A DNA stretch of 64,000 nt from an uncultured Puniceicoccaceae bacterium (GCA_963933835.1 CAWVVV010000002.1:160001-224000), one strand, 5' to 3'; shown: positions 19,913 to 33,400, counted from the first letter of the stretch. Translations and numbers: made by a program. The notes: a model not told the origin generated them from the sequence alone.

Positions 19913-21190
19913 ATGTCTCACTCTCGGACGACAGAACTAATCTGTCTTGGTGATGAACTCCTGATCGGACTTCGCGCCAACGACCACCTTACTTTTATCG
20001 GCAAACACCTTTCGGATGTGGGACTTCCGCTTACCCGGAGTCAGGAGATATCCGATAAGCGGGAAGAGATCGAAAACGCGGTCAAAGACGCCTGGAAACG
20101 CTCCGACCTCGTCATCATAACAGGCGGCCTCGGACCCACTGAGGATGATCGCACGCGCGAAAGTGTCGCGGAAGCCCTCGGCACCGGACTCGTCCACAAT
20201 CTGGCCACAGAGGAGAAGCTAAATGAATTTTTCCGGCAACGCGGCTACGCCATGTCTCAGACAAACCTGAAACAATGCCTCATCCTCGAGGGTGCAGAAG
20301 TCCTCGAGAACACGCGCGGCACCGCCCCCGGCCAGTGGTTTGAGCGCGATGGAAAGGTCCTCGTCCTGCTTCCGGGCCCACCCAAGGAACTGCGACCGCT
20401 TTTCGTTGAACAAATTCTTCCCCGCCTCGACACCCTCGGGTGGACAAAAGGCGATGACTACACCGTCCGCTTCCGCACCAGCGGGGTCGGCGAAAGTCTC
20501 CTCGCCGAGCGTCTCGAAGCATCCCTCAGCGATATCAGAGGCTCGCTCGACATCGCCTACTGTGCCCACGAAGGCTTCGTCGATGTGAGGCTCCACCCAA
20601 ACTCAGGGATCGTTGATCCAGATCTGCTCAAGCACGCCGAGGAACGCTGCAAGACCGAGCTCGGGGTCGACTATGTCGGCCGTGGTGAACCAGATCTAGC
20701 CTGCCTCATTCTTAAGCACCTGCGTTCACTCGATAGCTGTCTAGCGGTCGCCGAATCCTGCACCGGTGGTCTACTCTCCAGTCGCTTCACGGACATCGCG
20801 GGAGCTTCCAAGGTTTTTAAAGGCGGCGTTGTCTGCTACCGGAACGAGATTAAATCCAACTGGCTCGACGTCCCTGAATGCCTCCTCGAACAACACGGAG
20901 CGGTCAGCCCCGAAGTCGCCGTCGCGATGGCAAATGGCATCGCTGAGCGCATGGGCACCGACTACGCCCTCAGCATCACCGGCTTTGCCGGTCCGGAAGG
21001 TGGCAATGAACCCGTCGGCACCATCTACCTCGGCTATGTCAGCCCCGTCGGCATCTGGTCCCACAAACTCATCGCCCCCGGTTCACGCCCCAGGATCAAA
21101 GCCCGCGCCGTCAACGGAGCCCTCGATTTCATGCGCCGCAAACTACAAAAATACGCCACCCAGGACTTCTTGCGGTGTATGTGTGTTTGA
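19913..21190 (+). CDS. cinA: Competence/damage-inducible CinA (MoCF-binding domain + NMN deamidase)
   Basis: GDELLIG, GGLGPTEDDRT, GTAPG, LPGPPKE, AVAESCTGGL, GAVS, ITGFAGP. Confidence 0.93.
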   Translation: MSHSRTTELICLGDELLIGLRANDHLTFIGKHLSDVGLPLTRSQEISDKREEIENAVKDAWKRSDLVIITGGLGPTEDDRTRESVAEALGTGLVHNLATEEKLNEFFRQRGYAMSQTNLKQCLILEGAEVLENTRGTAPGQWFERDGKVLVLLPGPPKELRPLFVEQILPRLDTLGWTKGDDYTVRFRTSGVGESLLAERLEASLSDIRGSLDIAYCAHEGFVDVRLHPNSGIVDPDLLKHAEERCKTELGVDYVGRGEPDLACLILKHLRSLDSCLAVAESCTGGLLSSRFTDIAGASKVFKGGVVCYRNEIKSNWLDVPECLLEQHGAVSPEVAVAMANGIAERMGTDYALSITGFAGPEGGNEPVGTIYLGYVSPVGIWSHKLIAPGSRPRIKARAVNGALDFMRRKLQKYATQDFLRCMCV

Positions 21191-21244
21191 GCAGAGGCTA
21201 GATCAAAGGCGCGCATGCACCTCTGAACTGGCCATGCCCCCGCC

Positions 21245-21280
21245 TTGACAACCCATCATCATATCCGGATATATTGATTC
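21245..21280 (+). promoter_or_regulatory. metH promoter (-35 TTGACA) with an overlapping palindromic operator candidate
   Basis: TTGACA at 21245-21250; ATATCCGGATAT palindrome at 21261-21272 covers the -10 region. Confidence 0.5.
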
Positions 21281-21281
21281 T

Positions 21282-22367
21282 ATGTCACAAGCTGTCACCA
21301 CTCCTGCCTTTCGAGCCGAGCGCGAAGAAGCCTTCAAAAAGGCCCTCGCTGAGCGCATCCTTCTGCTCGACGGCGGGATGGGGACTTCGATTCAGGGCTA
21401 TAAGCTCGAGGAAGAAGACTTTCGCGGAGAGCGCTTTGCGGACCACCCTTCTGACCTCAAAGGGAACAATGACCTCCTCGTCCTGACGAAGCCGGAGGTC
21501 ATCGCCGAGATCCACCGCTCTTTTATTGATGCAGGGTCTGACATCTTTGAGACGAACACTTTCAACAGCACCTCGATCAGCCAAGCCGACTACGGCCTCG
21601 AGACCATCGCCTACGAGCTCAATTACGAGGCCGCCAAGCTCGCGCGCAAGGTCGCAGATGACTACATGAAGGAACACCCTGAGCGGGAGATCTTTGTTGC
21701 GGGTGGACTCGGGCCGACCAACCGCACAGCCTCGATGTCACCCGACGTCAATCGCCCCGGCTACCGGGCAGTGACCTTTGACGACCTCCGCCTCGCCTAC
21801 CGCGAACAAGCCGCCGGGCTCCTCGATGGTGGCTGCGACACTCTCCTGATCGAAACCATCTTCGACACCCTCAACGCCAAGGCCGCTGCCTTTGCGGTTG
21901 AAGAGCTTTTCGAAGAACGTGGAGAACGCATTCCGATCCAACTTTCGGTTACGATCACGGATGCCGCTGGACGCACCCTTTCCGGGCAAACCATCTCGGC
22001 ATTCTGGGCTTCGATGGAACACATCAAACCGCTCTCCATCGGAATCAACTGCGCCCTGGGTGCAGATGACATGAAGCCCTACCTCGAAGAACTCTCGGCT
22101 CTAGCGGATTGCGCCGTCAGTTGCTACCCAAACGCCGGCCTACCGAATGCCTTTGGCGAATACGACGACTCGCCCGAAGCCATGGCCGAAGTCCTCGCGG
22201 ACTTCGCCAAAAGTGGTTGGCTCAATATCATCGGCGGCTGTTGCGGCACTGCACCCCCACACATCAATGCGATCGCCAATGCTGTTAAAGAGATCTCCCC
22301 GCGAGACATCACAGCGAAACCCATCGCTATTCGCCTCAGCGGCATCGAAGCTTACACCGTTGGCTAA
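21282..22367 (+). CDS. metH: Methionine synthase, homocysteine-binding (N-terminal) subunit
   Basis: [47 protein letters not shown]. Confidence 0.95.
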   Translation: MSQAVTTPAFRAEREEAFKKALAERILLLDGGMGTSIQGYKLEEEDFRGERFADHPSDLKGNNDLLVLTKPEVIAEIHRSFIDAGSDIFETNTFNSTSISQADYGLETIAYELNYEAAKLARKVADDYMKEHPEREIFVAGGLGPTNRTASMSPDVNRPGYRAVTFDDLRLAYREQAAGLLDGGCDTLLIETIFDTLNAKAAAFAVEELFEERGERIPIQLSVTITDAAGRTLSGQTISAFWASMEHIKPLSIGINCALGADDMKPYLEELSALADCAVSCYPNAGLPNAFGEYDDSPEAMAEVLADFAKSGWLNIIGGCCGTAPPHINAIANAVKEISPRDITAKPIAIRLSGIEAYTVG

Positions 22368-22370
22368 GAT

Positions 22371-22434
22371 TGAATCTTGAATGATGAGTGATGAATAGAA
22401 GCGCACTCATTCATAATTCATCATTCACCCATCA
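22371..22434. repeat. Heptamer periodic inverted repeat (TGAATGA)n...(TCATTCA)n
   Basis: tgaatct tgaatga tgagtga tgaatag / tcattca taattca tcattca cccatca. Confidence 0.88.
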
Positions 22435-22446
22435 AAGAATTTAAAA

Positions 22447-25146
<2,700 letters not shown>

Positions 25147-25152
25147 ATAGGT

Positions 25153-26475
25153 CTACTTCGTGCAGGAGATATCTGCAATCGAAGCATAGCTATCTGGATA
25201 CCGCGTTGCTTGCATGACCCAGCCCACGGATTGCTCATCCCACTCGTTCACGAAAGACCAAACAATATCACCCTCCGGTGAGATTTCGAATACGCGACCC
25301 GCATCTGTCTCAGTGATCAGAATGTTACCGTTCTCTAGCTGCTGGTGCTTTCCACGGTACGGTGAGTAGAAATCATTTCTTTCATCAGATGCATAAACCA
25401 CGCGGTAGCTATTGTTATTTGGGTCCACCGATAGGATACGGCTTCCGTTACGGGGATTGTTGATTTCAACATCATCAGCCGTGCTCTCTTCGGCGCCCCT
25501 ACCAATAGCTGAGCCCGTCTGATTATCGAACACCGTAATGGTTCCATCCAACTGAAAATCAGGATCATGCTGGCCAACCATGGGGCCTGCGTACCGCCAC
25601 TTTATGGCCTTTGTTTCTCTATCTAAGACCCAAATTTGATTATAATGCCGGGAGGAAAGAAGGATGTCGCCTGCCTTAAACATTGGAAAAGCTGAGGCCA
25701 TCCGTGCACTCAAAATCTCGAGATCGTTCAGGTGCATCATATCACCTGTTAAAACAGAATTGGTCAGCGCTAAGCCCATCAAGTCGGCACTCATCAACGC
25801 ATCGACTAAATCAATTTCTTCGAGCGTTACTCCAGTCGCGGCGTCAAATCTGCCCAAGCGATCAAAATTGAAATCTGCACTATAAAGACGATCTTCATCG
25901 TATCTAGATCCATTGATCGGCGTCCAGATATCTCCATTATCATCAATGTCGATCGAATGATGATTGAGCTCACGATTTTGCCAGACGATGTCACCGCAAG
26001 CTGAAACACGGACAAGGCCTCGGCCATCTAAATTCGCTAAGAAATCACCATTCTCATACAAGTGGTCTCCGTGAATGAGGGCATCGAAGTTGTAGGCCAT
26101 TCCATCAGGGGCGATCTCGAAGAAGTCGATCGGCCACTCTTTCAGTAAAGTGCCATCCTTCGCATAAAGGCGGGCCCCCAATTTTTCCCCAAACAAGCCT
26201 GTCACAAAGGTCACCCCAAGTGACACCTGATCCGGATGAGGCACGGTCACACCTCCATAGCCGAAGCGATTTGGTCGGAGATGCTGGGATGGCGTATCAC
26301 CAAAATAAGCTTTAACATTCTGGTTGAGATCCTTTGCGACGCCGACCGCAAAACCGATCAGCGGCGAGGGCTGCCATTTGAAATATCCAAAAACGAGCCC
26401 CACCCCAAATATGAGCACAACTCCCGAAGCCATACTCCAAGCTTTAATGAAGTCGAACTTAGGAAGCTTGGGCAT
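25153..26475 (-). CDS. Arylsulfotransferase-like (ASST family) beta-propeller protein
   Basis: HHSID, DMMHLNDLE, LLSSRHYN, QHDPDF, VFDN, QQLENGNILITE..GRVFEI; lower GC than neighbours. Confidence 0.8.
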   Translation of the reverse strand: MPKLPKFDFIKAWSMASGVVLIFGVGLVFGYFKWQPSPLIGFAVGVAKDLNQNVKAYFGDTPSQHLRPNRFGYGGVTVPHPDQVSLGVTFVTGLFGEKLGARLYAKDGTLLKEWPIDFFEIAPDGMAYNFDALIHGDHLYENGDFLANLDGRGLVRVSACGDIVWQNRELNHHSIDIDDNGDIWTPINGSRYDEDRLYSADFNFDRLGRFDAATGVTLEEIDLVDALMSADLMGLALTNSVLTGDMMHLNDLEILSARMASAFPMFKAGDILLSSRHYNQIWVLDRETKAIKWRYAGPMVGQHDPDFQLDGTITVFDNQTGSAIGRGAEESTADDVEINNPRNGSRILSVDPNNNSYRVVYASDERNDFYSPYRGKHQQLENGNILITETDAGRVFEISPEGDIVWSFVNEWDEQSVGWVMQATRYPDSYASIADISCTK

Positions 26476-26486
26476 GTTTGGCTACT

Positions 26487-27095
26487 TTAGCTATATGGTT
26501 TCTCCGCGCGCGGTTCTCCGAGGATTTCGCTCAGGACAATCGCTTTTCGGGCTGCGATAGGGCTCTTCAATGTAGCAAAGACTTCACTACGTAGATTCTT
26601 CGTCGCAGGCACAGAGGCATTCGGCTGCTTTGCTTCTTTGGGGTTTTGCTTGGTCCGCCGAAGGGCAGCCTCACGGACTTTTCGTGATTCTGCGAGGCGG
26701 GCCTGTTGCTCACGTAAGTGCTCCTGAAGCGTCTCCTGCGGACTTGGTTGATCGAACGAACTCGGAGCCGCCTGAACGACGGGCTCCGGTCGAAGCTGAG
26801 CCAGTTGAGGTGTCGGTTCGGGACGCTCGACCGGCCGAAACTGAGCCGGTTGAGGTGACTCTTCAGCCGAAACAGGGGCCGAAGCCCCTTCTCCTCGTTG
26901 GGCTTCAACGCGACGGCGGATCTCTTCGCGAATTTTGCGCATCCGCTCCTGGGCGGCGTCAGCAGCCTCCCCACGTTCGGGCGCATCCTCCCCTCCCTTC
27001 TTCTTTCCGGGGAGGAAATACTGCAGCACCCAGATCAGTGGGATCAGGTAGTAAAGGACTTGGTCCCAGCTGAAGTTGGCGATGAGTGGATGCAC
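26487..27095 (-). CDS. Hypothetical membrane-anchored protein (last gene of the floA operon)
   Basis: N-terminal TM segment, low-complexity middle, C-terminal ARKAIVLSEILGEPRA. Confidence 0.8.
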   Translation of the reverse strand: MHPLIANFSWDQVLYYLIPLIWVLQYFLPGKKKGGEDAPERGEAADAAQERMRKIREEIRRRVEAQRGEGASAPVSAEESPQPAQFRPVERPEPTPQLAQLRPEPVVQAAPSSFDQPSPQETLQEHLREQQARLAESRKVREAALRRTKQNPKEAKQPNASVPATKNLRSEVFATLKSPIAARKAIVLSEILGEPRAEKPYS

Positions 27096-27130
27096 TGTAT
27101 TCGTCGTCTAATGGGCGGAAGACTTCGTCA

Positions 27131-28153
27131 CTACGAAGTCGGACCTTTAGTGCCCTCTGGGTCTGAAATTGAGCGGCGCATGTCAGTATCGCTTTCGATG
27201 TTTTTGAAGCGCATGTAATCCATCACACCGAGGGAACCGCTGCGGAAGGCTTCGGCCATGGCAAGCGGCACTTCGGCTTGGGCTTCGACCACCTTAGCCT
27301 GCATCTCTTCGACTTTCGCCTTCATTTCTTGTTCGAGCGCGACAGCAGCAGCACGGCGGATTTCGGCCTGTGCTTGAGCCATATTCTTATTCGCTTCGGC
27401 CTGCGCCTCTTGGAGTAGAGCTCCAACGTTTTCGCCGACATCAACGTCAGCGATATCGATCGATAAAATCTCAAATGCGGTTCCGGTATCGAGGCCACGA
27501 TTGAGCACGTTCTTCGAAATCGAATCTGGGTTTTCAAGCACCCATTTGTAGCTATCTGCCGAACCAATCGTCGTAACAATGCCTTCGCCTACGCGAGCAA
27601 CGATCGTTTCTTCCTGAGCACTGCCTACATAGAGCTCTAGATTAGAGCGAACCGTTACACGGGCCTTCACCTTCACTTGAATACCATCCTTAGCGACACC
27701 ATCGATCGTCATTCGGCCGCCTTGTTGAGGACTTGGGCAATTGATCACCTTAGGGTTAATCGAAGTGCGAACGGCTTCCATTACGCTCTTCTCTGTCCCC
27801 TTCGTCGCAAGGTCGATGGCACAGGCACGCTTCCAATCCAACGGGATACCGGCCGTATGGGCGTTGATCAAGGCTTGGACGGTTTGGATAATATCGCCGC
27901 CAGCCATGTAGTGCGTTTCGATCTGATCCGTCGTGATCGGCAGACCCGCTTTAGTCGTCATGATGCGCGCATCAACGATGAGGCTGTAAGGCAGCTTCCG
28001 AAGGTATCTCATCGTAATGAGATTTACGATACCAACAGGCGCACCCGAGGACCATGCTTTGATCCAGACTCCGAGAAAGGAGAGGACGAGGAAAAAAACG
28101 ACGACGACGACCAAGAGGCCAACCGCAATGAAGATGAGGTTTAAGGGATCCAT
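27131..28153 (-). CDS. floA: Flotillin-like protein FloA (YqfA/UPF0365)
   Basis: [60 protein letters not shown]. Confidence 0.93.
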   Translation of the reverse strand: MDPLNLIFIAVGLLVVVVVFFLVLSFLGVWIKAWSSGAPVGIVNLITMRYLRKLPYSLIVDARIMTTKAGLPITTDQIETHYMAGGDIIQTVQALINAHTAGIPLDWKRACAIDLATKGTEKSVMEAVRTSINPKVINCPSPQQGGRMTIDGVAKDGIQVKVKARVTVRSNLELYVGSAQEETIVARVGEGIVTTIGSADSYKWVLENPDSISKNVLNRGLDTGTAFEILSIDIADVDVGENVGALLQEAQAEANKNMAQAQAEIRRAAAVALEQEMKAKVEEMQAKVVEAQAEVPLAMAEAFRSGSLGVMDYMRFKNIESDTDMRRSISDPEGTKGPTS

Positions 28154-28168
28154 AGTTCTAGTACAAAA

Positions 28169-28636
28169 TTATTCCGCAGCGGACACTCGGATAAGTGCCG
28201 GATCTGCCTTTGTTACAATGATAGATGTGCCTTTCGACAGGAAGCCGTCAAGCGATGCTGCATGATAAACTGATTCTTCGATCAGGACTTTGCCCATTGG
28301 ATTCATCGGGGTGAGCACCTTGCCGGCCTTACCGACAAGCGAGGCAGTCTCTTCTTGCCCAGCCTGGGCCTCATTCACTTGCTTATGTTGAAACCAGCGT
28401 TTACCCCAGCCGCTACCGCAAAGGACTTTGATTTCCAGGTAGAGCATGAGCGCCGAGAGAAGGGCGCCGCCAGTGAAAACCGCCATGCCCATCCACGGGC
28501 CATAATCCTTAAAAGCAAGAATCGAAGCCGCTATGATGCAAAGGATGCCAACAAAGGCGAGAATTCCGCCGGGAAGGATGATCTCGACAAGAAAGAGTGC
28601 TAGGGCGATGGCGATAAGAAGGATGATTGTGCTCAT
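28169..28636 (-). CDS. Short NfeD family protein (TM + OB fold)
   Basis: EIILPGGIL, LVGKAGKVLTPMNPMGKV. Confidence 0.85.
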   Translation of the reverse strand: MSTIILLIAIALALFLVEIILPGGILAFVGILCIIAASILAFKDYGPWMGMAVFTGGALLSALMLYLEIKVLCGSGWGKRWFQHKQVNEAQAGQEETASLVGKAGKVLTPMNPMGKVLIEESVYHAASLDGFLSKGTSIIVTKADPALIRVSAAE

Positions 28637-30165
28637 TCGTCGCTCACCTTTCGCACTTCGAGGTTAAATTGGCCACGCCCAACGACTTCAATCTCATCCG
28701 CTTTACTGAGCGTGCCCATATCGGTGCGGGCTTGGTAGCGCTGCCCATCGATTTCCACTTCCCCGACGGGGTGAAGCGGACGAGTGACAAAGCCACAGGT
28801 GCCGATTGCTGGGACTTTTCTTATGCCTTCGACGCCTACGGCAGCGGCTCCGCCTCCGGTATTTGCCACGGCAGTGCCTAGAACGAGGCGATCCATCAGT
28901 CCAGTTTTCGGAAGGAACTTCATCAGCACAATCATACCAACAACACTGAGAATCAGGCTCAAGGAAAGGCTAGCGGCCGCTGAGATCAAAGAATCCATAT
29001 CGACAGTGATACCGCCGTCGATCGTCGGCCACACATCGGCCAGCGACCAAAGTAAGGATCCAAAAAAGAGAAGCATGCCTGCCGCGAGAAAGACAACCGT
29101 CCCTGGCAAAATAAAGATCTCCACTGCAATGAGAACAAGCCCGAGGATCATGAAGAGAACCACCTCCATCCCTGCTAAGCCCGTGATGTAGTTAGTCGCA
29201 AAAACGAGGCCGATGAGAAGCACGCCACCGATGCCGAAGATTCCAATACCCGGCGTCTTAAACTCAATGAAAAGCCCTATAATACCCAAAGCCATAAGGA
29301 GCGGAGCAATCTTCGTCAGGTAGGTCGCGACTTCTTCGCTCCACGTCACTTCGAGCGAATTGAGCTCGTAGTTGCCCTCGCCAAAACGCTCGTCGAGGAG
29401 CGCCTCAAGGTCCTTTGCGATGCCATTTCCGAAGAGCGGCGTCGGCGGCTCGCCGTAGACCTGCATCGCTTCGCTCGCGGTGAGGTTGAGCATCTCGCCT
29501 TCTTTGCTGATAATCTCACCTTCGACAACGAGCTCAAAATCGCCGTCCATCATCGCCTTGATTACATCGGCTTTGTAAGGGTGCTCCGTCCCAAGGGCGC
29601 GGATCTTTGCCTGCAGGTAGGATTCGATTTTGAGGGCCATGGTTTCGGCGATGTCTTCACCAGAACCGGTGACAACCCCTGCGGAACCAATGATAGCTTT
29701 TGGCGTAAACCAAATCTCTTTGGTGACGGCTGAGAGCAATGCTCCCGCACTGATCGCCTCATTGTTGACGTAAGCGAGGGTAAGGCCGGCTTCATTAAAC
29801 TCATCGAGTGCCTCCATCATCTCCAATAGCGACCCTACGGAACCACCGGGCGTGTCCACGTCGAGGACGAGAACGTCAGCCTTACCTGAGATAGCCAGCT
29901 TCAGCGCACGGCGCAAAATGTATTCATTCGGTCCCGCAATGACATCGTGGATCGGCACCGAAATGACCGTTGGCGGCTCGCCGGTCCAAGGCTCGAAATA
30001 AATGGCCCCATCTGCCAACGAGTCAGCTTCATCGCTCTCCGCCTCCTCCGCTGGTGTCGTCACCTGCTTCAGGAGATCCGTTGCCCGGTCTTGCCCAAAA
30101 AGAGCAAACCCCGCGCTGATCAAGAGCGCGGTGAGTCCCAGTCGAACACCTCGGGGAAATTGCAT
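28633..30165 (-). CDS. Long NfeD family membrane protein (ClpP-like N-domain)
   Basis: LDVDTPGG, AISAGALL, IGSAG, IEFKTPG, EIFILPG, C-terminal TRPLHPVGEVEIDG. Confidence 0.88.
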   Translation of the reverse strand: MQFPRGVRLGLTALLISAGFALFGQDRATDLLKQVTTPAEEAESDEADSLADGAIYFEPWTGEPPTVISVPIHDVIAGPNEYILRRALKLAISGKADVLVLDVDTPGGSVGSLLEMMEALDEFNEAGLTLAYVNNEAISAGALLSAVTKEIWFTPKAIIGSAGVVTGSGEDIAETMALKIESYLQAKIRALGTEHPYKADVIKAMMDGDFELVVEGEIISKEGEMLNLTASEAMQVYGEPPTPLFGNGIAKDLEALLDERFGEGNYELNSLEVTWSEEVATYLTKIAPLLMALGIIGLFIEFKTPGIGIFGIGGVLLIGLVFATNYITGLAGMEVVLFMILGLVLIAVEIFILPGTVVFLAAGMLLFFGSLLWSLADVWPTIDGGITVDMDSLISAAASLSLSLILSVVGMIVLMKFLPKTGLMDRLVLGTAVANTGGGAAAVGVEGIRKVPAIGTCGFVTRPLHPVGEVEIDGQRYQARTDMGTLSKADEIEVVGRGQFNLEVRKVSDE

Positions 30166-30282
30166 CAACGAACGATGCAAAGTAGATCGCGGAAACGCAA
30201 GGCGCGTGAGAAAGAAGTTATTTTGTGCCCGATGGGCGGAAAGCTTGGCTCGGCTCGCAGATGTGCGAAAGTGCTACCTGAA

Positions 30283-31311
30283 ATGAGCCCTGCCGAACAC
30301 AAAGCCGCCCTACAGGCCCTCGCTATCGCCGATGGTGCGGATGCCTTTGGCGTCTTGGCTTTACCGAGTGAGCTTAGAAATGACTTCTATCGTGAGTGGA
30401 TCGACGGGGGTAACCACGGGACGATGCAGTGGATGGAGCGCGGGATCGAGAAACGCGGTGACCCGCGCGAAGTGCTCCCCGAAGCCCGCTCCGTCATTGT
30501 CCTCGGCTACAACTATTACCAGCCCGAGCCCGAACGCCGGGGCCGCATCGCAAAGTATGCCCTAGGCGGGGACTACCACAAAGCGCTTCTTAAAAAGCTC
30601 AAACGCCTCTGCACTCAGATGCGCGAATGGGGCGGCGAACAAAAGCCTTACGTCGACACCGGCCCAAATCTCGAGAAGCCACTCGCCGCGCTCGCCGGGA
30701 TCGGATGGCAGGCGAAGAACACCCTCGTGATCAACGAGACGAACGGGCAATGGCTCTTCCTTGGCGTCATCCTCACCACCCTTGAGCTCCCCGCTGACGA
30801 ACCCAAAGCCGACCGCTGTGGGAGCTGCACCCAGTGTATTGACATCTGCCCGACCCAAGCGATCACGGCGCCCTACCAACTCGATGCCCGCCGCTGCCTG
30901 AGCTATCTCACAATTGAGCACAAGGGGAGCTTCCCGATGGAGTTTCGCCGCGCCCTCGGCGACCGCCTTTACGGTTGCGACGAGTGCCTCGATGTCTGCC
31001 CGTGGAACCGCTGGGCTCAGCCGACTCGCGAGGCCAAATTCGCACCCCGCCCCTACCCTGATCTGGGCGAGATGCTGACGTGGGAAGAGGACACTTTCCG
31101 AGAAGTCTTCGCTGGCTCGCCTCTGCGCCGGCCTGGCCTCAAAGGCTGGAAGCGCAACGTCTGTGTCGTCCTCGGAAACATCGGCACGACAGAGGATCTG
31201 AAAGACCTTCAAGTGCTCGCCGAAGGTGACAACGCCCTGCTCGCCGAACACGCCACCTGGGCAATCAACGAGATCACCGAGCGCGACAGCAAAAAAGCTG
31301 TCCACGAATAG
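30283..31311 (+). CDS. queG: Epoxyqueuosine reductase
   Basis: IAKYALGGDYH, VDTGP, CGSCTQCIDICPT, CLSYLTIE, GCDECLDVCPWN. Confidence 0.95.
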   Translation: MSPAEHKAALQALAIADGADAFGVLALPSELRNDFYREWIDGGNHGTMQWMERGIEKRGDPREVLPEARSVIVLGYNYYQPEPERRGRIAKYALGGDYHKALLKKLKRLCTQMREWGGEQKPYVDTGPNLEKPLAALAGIGWQAKNTLVINETNGQWLFLGVILTTLELPADEPKADRCGSCTQCIDICPTQAITAPYQLDARRCLSYLTIEHKGSFPMEFRRALGDRLYGCDECLDVCPWNRWAQPTREAKFAPRPYPDLGEMLTWEEDTFREVFAGSPLRRPGLKGWKRNVCVVLGNIGTTEDLKDLQVLAEGDNALLAEHATWAINEITERDSKKAVHE

Positions 31312-31539
31312 TACGAATTTACACGAATCCGTCGTGTAAACGGTCGCCTCTATCAATCCCAATTAAACACGCCTCGTATTTTCTAATGCATTAAAGAACC
31401 ACACTGGAGGGACCGGCTCCCGTCGGTCCGCACCGTGACCCAAGGCCTTTTGAACTGCAGCGGACCGACAGGAGCCGGTCCCTCCAACCTCAATCTCTAA
31501 CCTGATCTCAAGTTCGATAACCCTCCATTCATTCGTGGA
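31301..31539. repeat. ACGAAT-core periodic inverted repeat enclosing a REP doublet
   Basis: acgaat at 31304, 31313 and 31323; attcgtgga (31531-31539) is the reverse complement of tccacgaat (31301-31309). Confidence 0.6.
31405..31486. repeat. REP doublet (REPIN-like), copy 1
   Basis: tggagggaccggctcccgtcggtccg ... cggaccgacaggagccggtccctcca. Confidence 0.92.
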
Positions 31540-31559
31540 AAAACAGAAAAACCGCTCCA

Positions 31560-31856
31560 ATGCCCAACCCGCCTAGCCATGACAATGACGAGCCGATAGA
31601 GCTCCCGATCGACGGCACCCTCGATCTGCACAGCTTTCGCCCCAAGGACGTCAAAGAGGTGCTCGATGCCTACTTCGACGCCTGTCTCGAAAAGGGCATC
31701 TATCAAGTCCGCGTCGTTCACGGCAAAGGCATCGGCGTCCTCCGTCGCACCGTCGAAGCCGCGCTTAAAAATGACCCCCGCGTTGCCAGCTACGGCCCCG
31801 GTGGATTCACCGGCGGTAGCTGGGGCGCGACGGTGGTGGAACTCAATGACCGGTAG
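31560..31856 (+). CDS. Stand-alone Smr (MutS2 C-terminal) domain protein
   Basis: IDGTLDLH, VRVVHGKG.G.LR, GSWGATVVEL. Confidence 0.92.
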   Translation: MPNPPSHDNDEPIELPIDGTLDLHSFRPKDVKEVLDAYFDACLEKGIYQVRVVHGKGIGVLRRTVEAALKNDPRVASYGPGGFTGGSWGATVVELNDR

Positions 31857-31921
31857 ACCAAAGAAAGAGGCCAATTTAAATTCGCTCTATATCCAAATCA
31901 CCCTAAAGTTGCACATCACGA

Positions 31922-32874
31922 ATGGCACTACGACACCAAGCAAAAAGCAATTTCGAAGAAATTGAAAAACTTCGGCTGAATTACCGAGAAAAATACAACC
32001 AAGCCCAGATGATGACGGCTCCTGTGGAGCATGCATACTGTCACTGGCTCATCAAAAACCACTACACCGGACACGCCGATATCGTCGAGTTAGGATGCTT
32101 TTTGGGCTCAATGAGCCGTGCCCTTGTTAATGGGCTTAAAGAAAACCAAACTCCATCGGCTCATGAAAGAAAAATTCAAGTCTATGATCGTTTCGTATGG
32201 ATAGAAAATATGGATCAGTGGACAGCGGGGCTTAAGCTAGAAAATCGCCCAGAAATTGGCTCTAGCTACAAACCACTGTATGAATAATTCAATAAAGAGT
32301 ATCTCGGCTGCCTGAATATTCATCAGGTAGATCTTGCTGAGGAAAGGCCTGCATCATCACCTATTTAGATTTTAATTATTGATGTAATCAAAGGAGTCGA
32401 AATCGCGAAAAATGTTTTTGAAGCTTTCGTGCCACAAGTAGTGAAAGGTGGTTACATTATTCAACAGGACTATATGCATTTTTGCCATGGCTGGATACAG
32501 ATGCTTACTTGGAAGCTTCGAGAGTATATGGAAGTCGTCTGGAACCACAGAGATGTCTCATTAACCTCGTTTCAAATCACTGAAGAGATTCCGAAGGAAA
32601 AATGCGCACGTTTTAAACAAGACCCTCCCCCAGTTTAGAGGAAATTCTCGAAGCTTACGCTTGGAATAAACACTATTTCGGTCCTGATTTTGAGCCAGTT
32701 TTATGCGCCTCTGAAATACTTATGCTCATGCGGCACGGATACGGGAACGATATTGGTCGTGAAAAAATGATCGAAGCGAAAGAGAAAGGCTGGTTCGATC
32801 ACAAAGCTTTTAGAAAGATGTTCTTCTTCTGTAAGAAGCATCCCTACAGCCAAGATCCGCTTGGCTTGTTGTAA
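31922..32874 (+). pseudogene. Class I SAM-methyltransferase-like pseudogene (paralog of 48605-49567)
   Basis: IVELGCFLGS; TAA at 32285-32287, TAG at 32366-32368 and a frameshift near 32630; the reconstructed product aligns end to end with the intact paralog. Confidence 0.88.
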
Positions 32875-32897
32875 TGCTGATAGCGCTTTTTAGCACC

Positions 32898-33311
32898 TCA
32901 GATATACCACATCTCCTCGCCCTCAGAACTCATCAGGGCGCGGATGCTGAACTCACGCGTTTTCTTTTCGAGTTCTGCTGCGATCGATTGCCAGACAGCG
33001 TCGGTGCGGGCGGCGCTGGCACCTTTGCCAACGGGTGGGATGTCGAGCAAGCAGCCCTCCATTGCGATCACCACGTCGTAAATGCTGATCTCCTTGGGCT
33101 CCCGGACGAGCGCATAGCCCCCCTGCTTGCCTCGCTTGCTTACAATCAGGCCACCGGTGCGCAGCTCATTTAGAATCTGGACGAGGTAGTTCGAAGGCAC
33201 TGCCTCCACTTGCGCGAGCTCCTCGATGTGCGGTAACGGCATCTGCCCAAAGTGATGCCCAAGCTGCGCCAAAACTTGACAGGCGTATTCGACTTTGAGC
33301 GACAGCTTCAT
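32898..33311 (-). CDS. Rrf2 family transcriptional regulator (CymR-like, no 3-Cys motif)
   Basis: MKLSLKVEYA, YLVQILNELR..GLIVSKRGKQGGY.L, C-terminal MWYI. Confidence 0.9.
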   Translation of the reverse strand: MKLSLKVEYACQVLAQLGHHFGQMPLPHIEELAQVEAVPSNYLVQILNELRTGGLIVSKRGKQGGYALVREPKEISIYDVVIAMEGCLLDIPPVGKGASAARTDAVWQSIAAELEKKTREFSIRALMSSEGEEMWYI

Positions 33312-33400
33312 ACCATCACACGAAAACACGGTATCTTAGGTTTGCAACCTCGAATAAGCAAAGCCTTGCCTAACCGACGCTAGTGTAACTTAAAAAAGGC

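Noticed and set aside
29947..30282. N-terminal extensions of queG, and likewise namZ, metX, gmk, SMUG1 and moaE in the ORF track
   Set aside because: They overlap neighbouring genes or repeats and lack homology-like content; downstream starts fit family lengths
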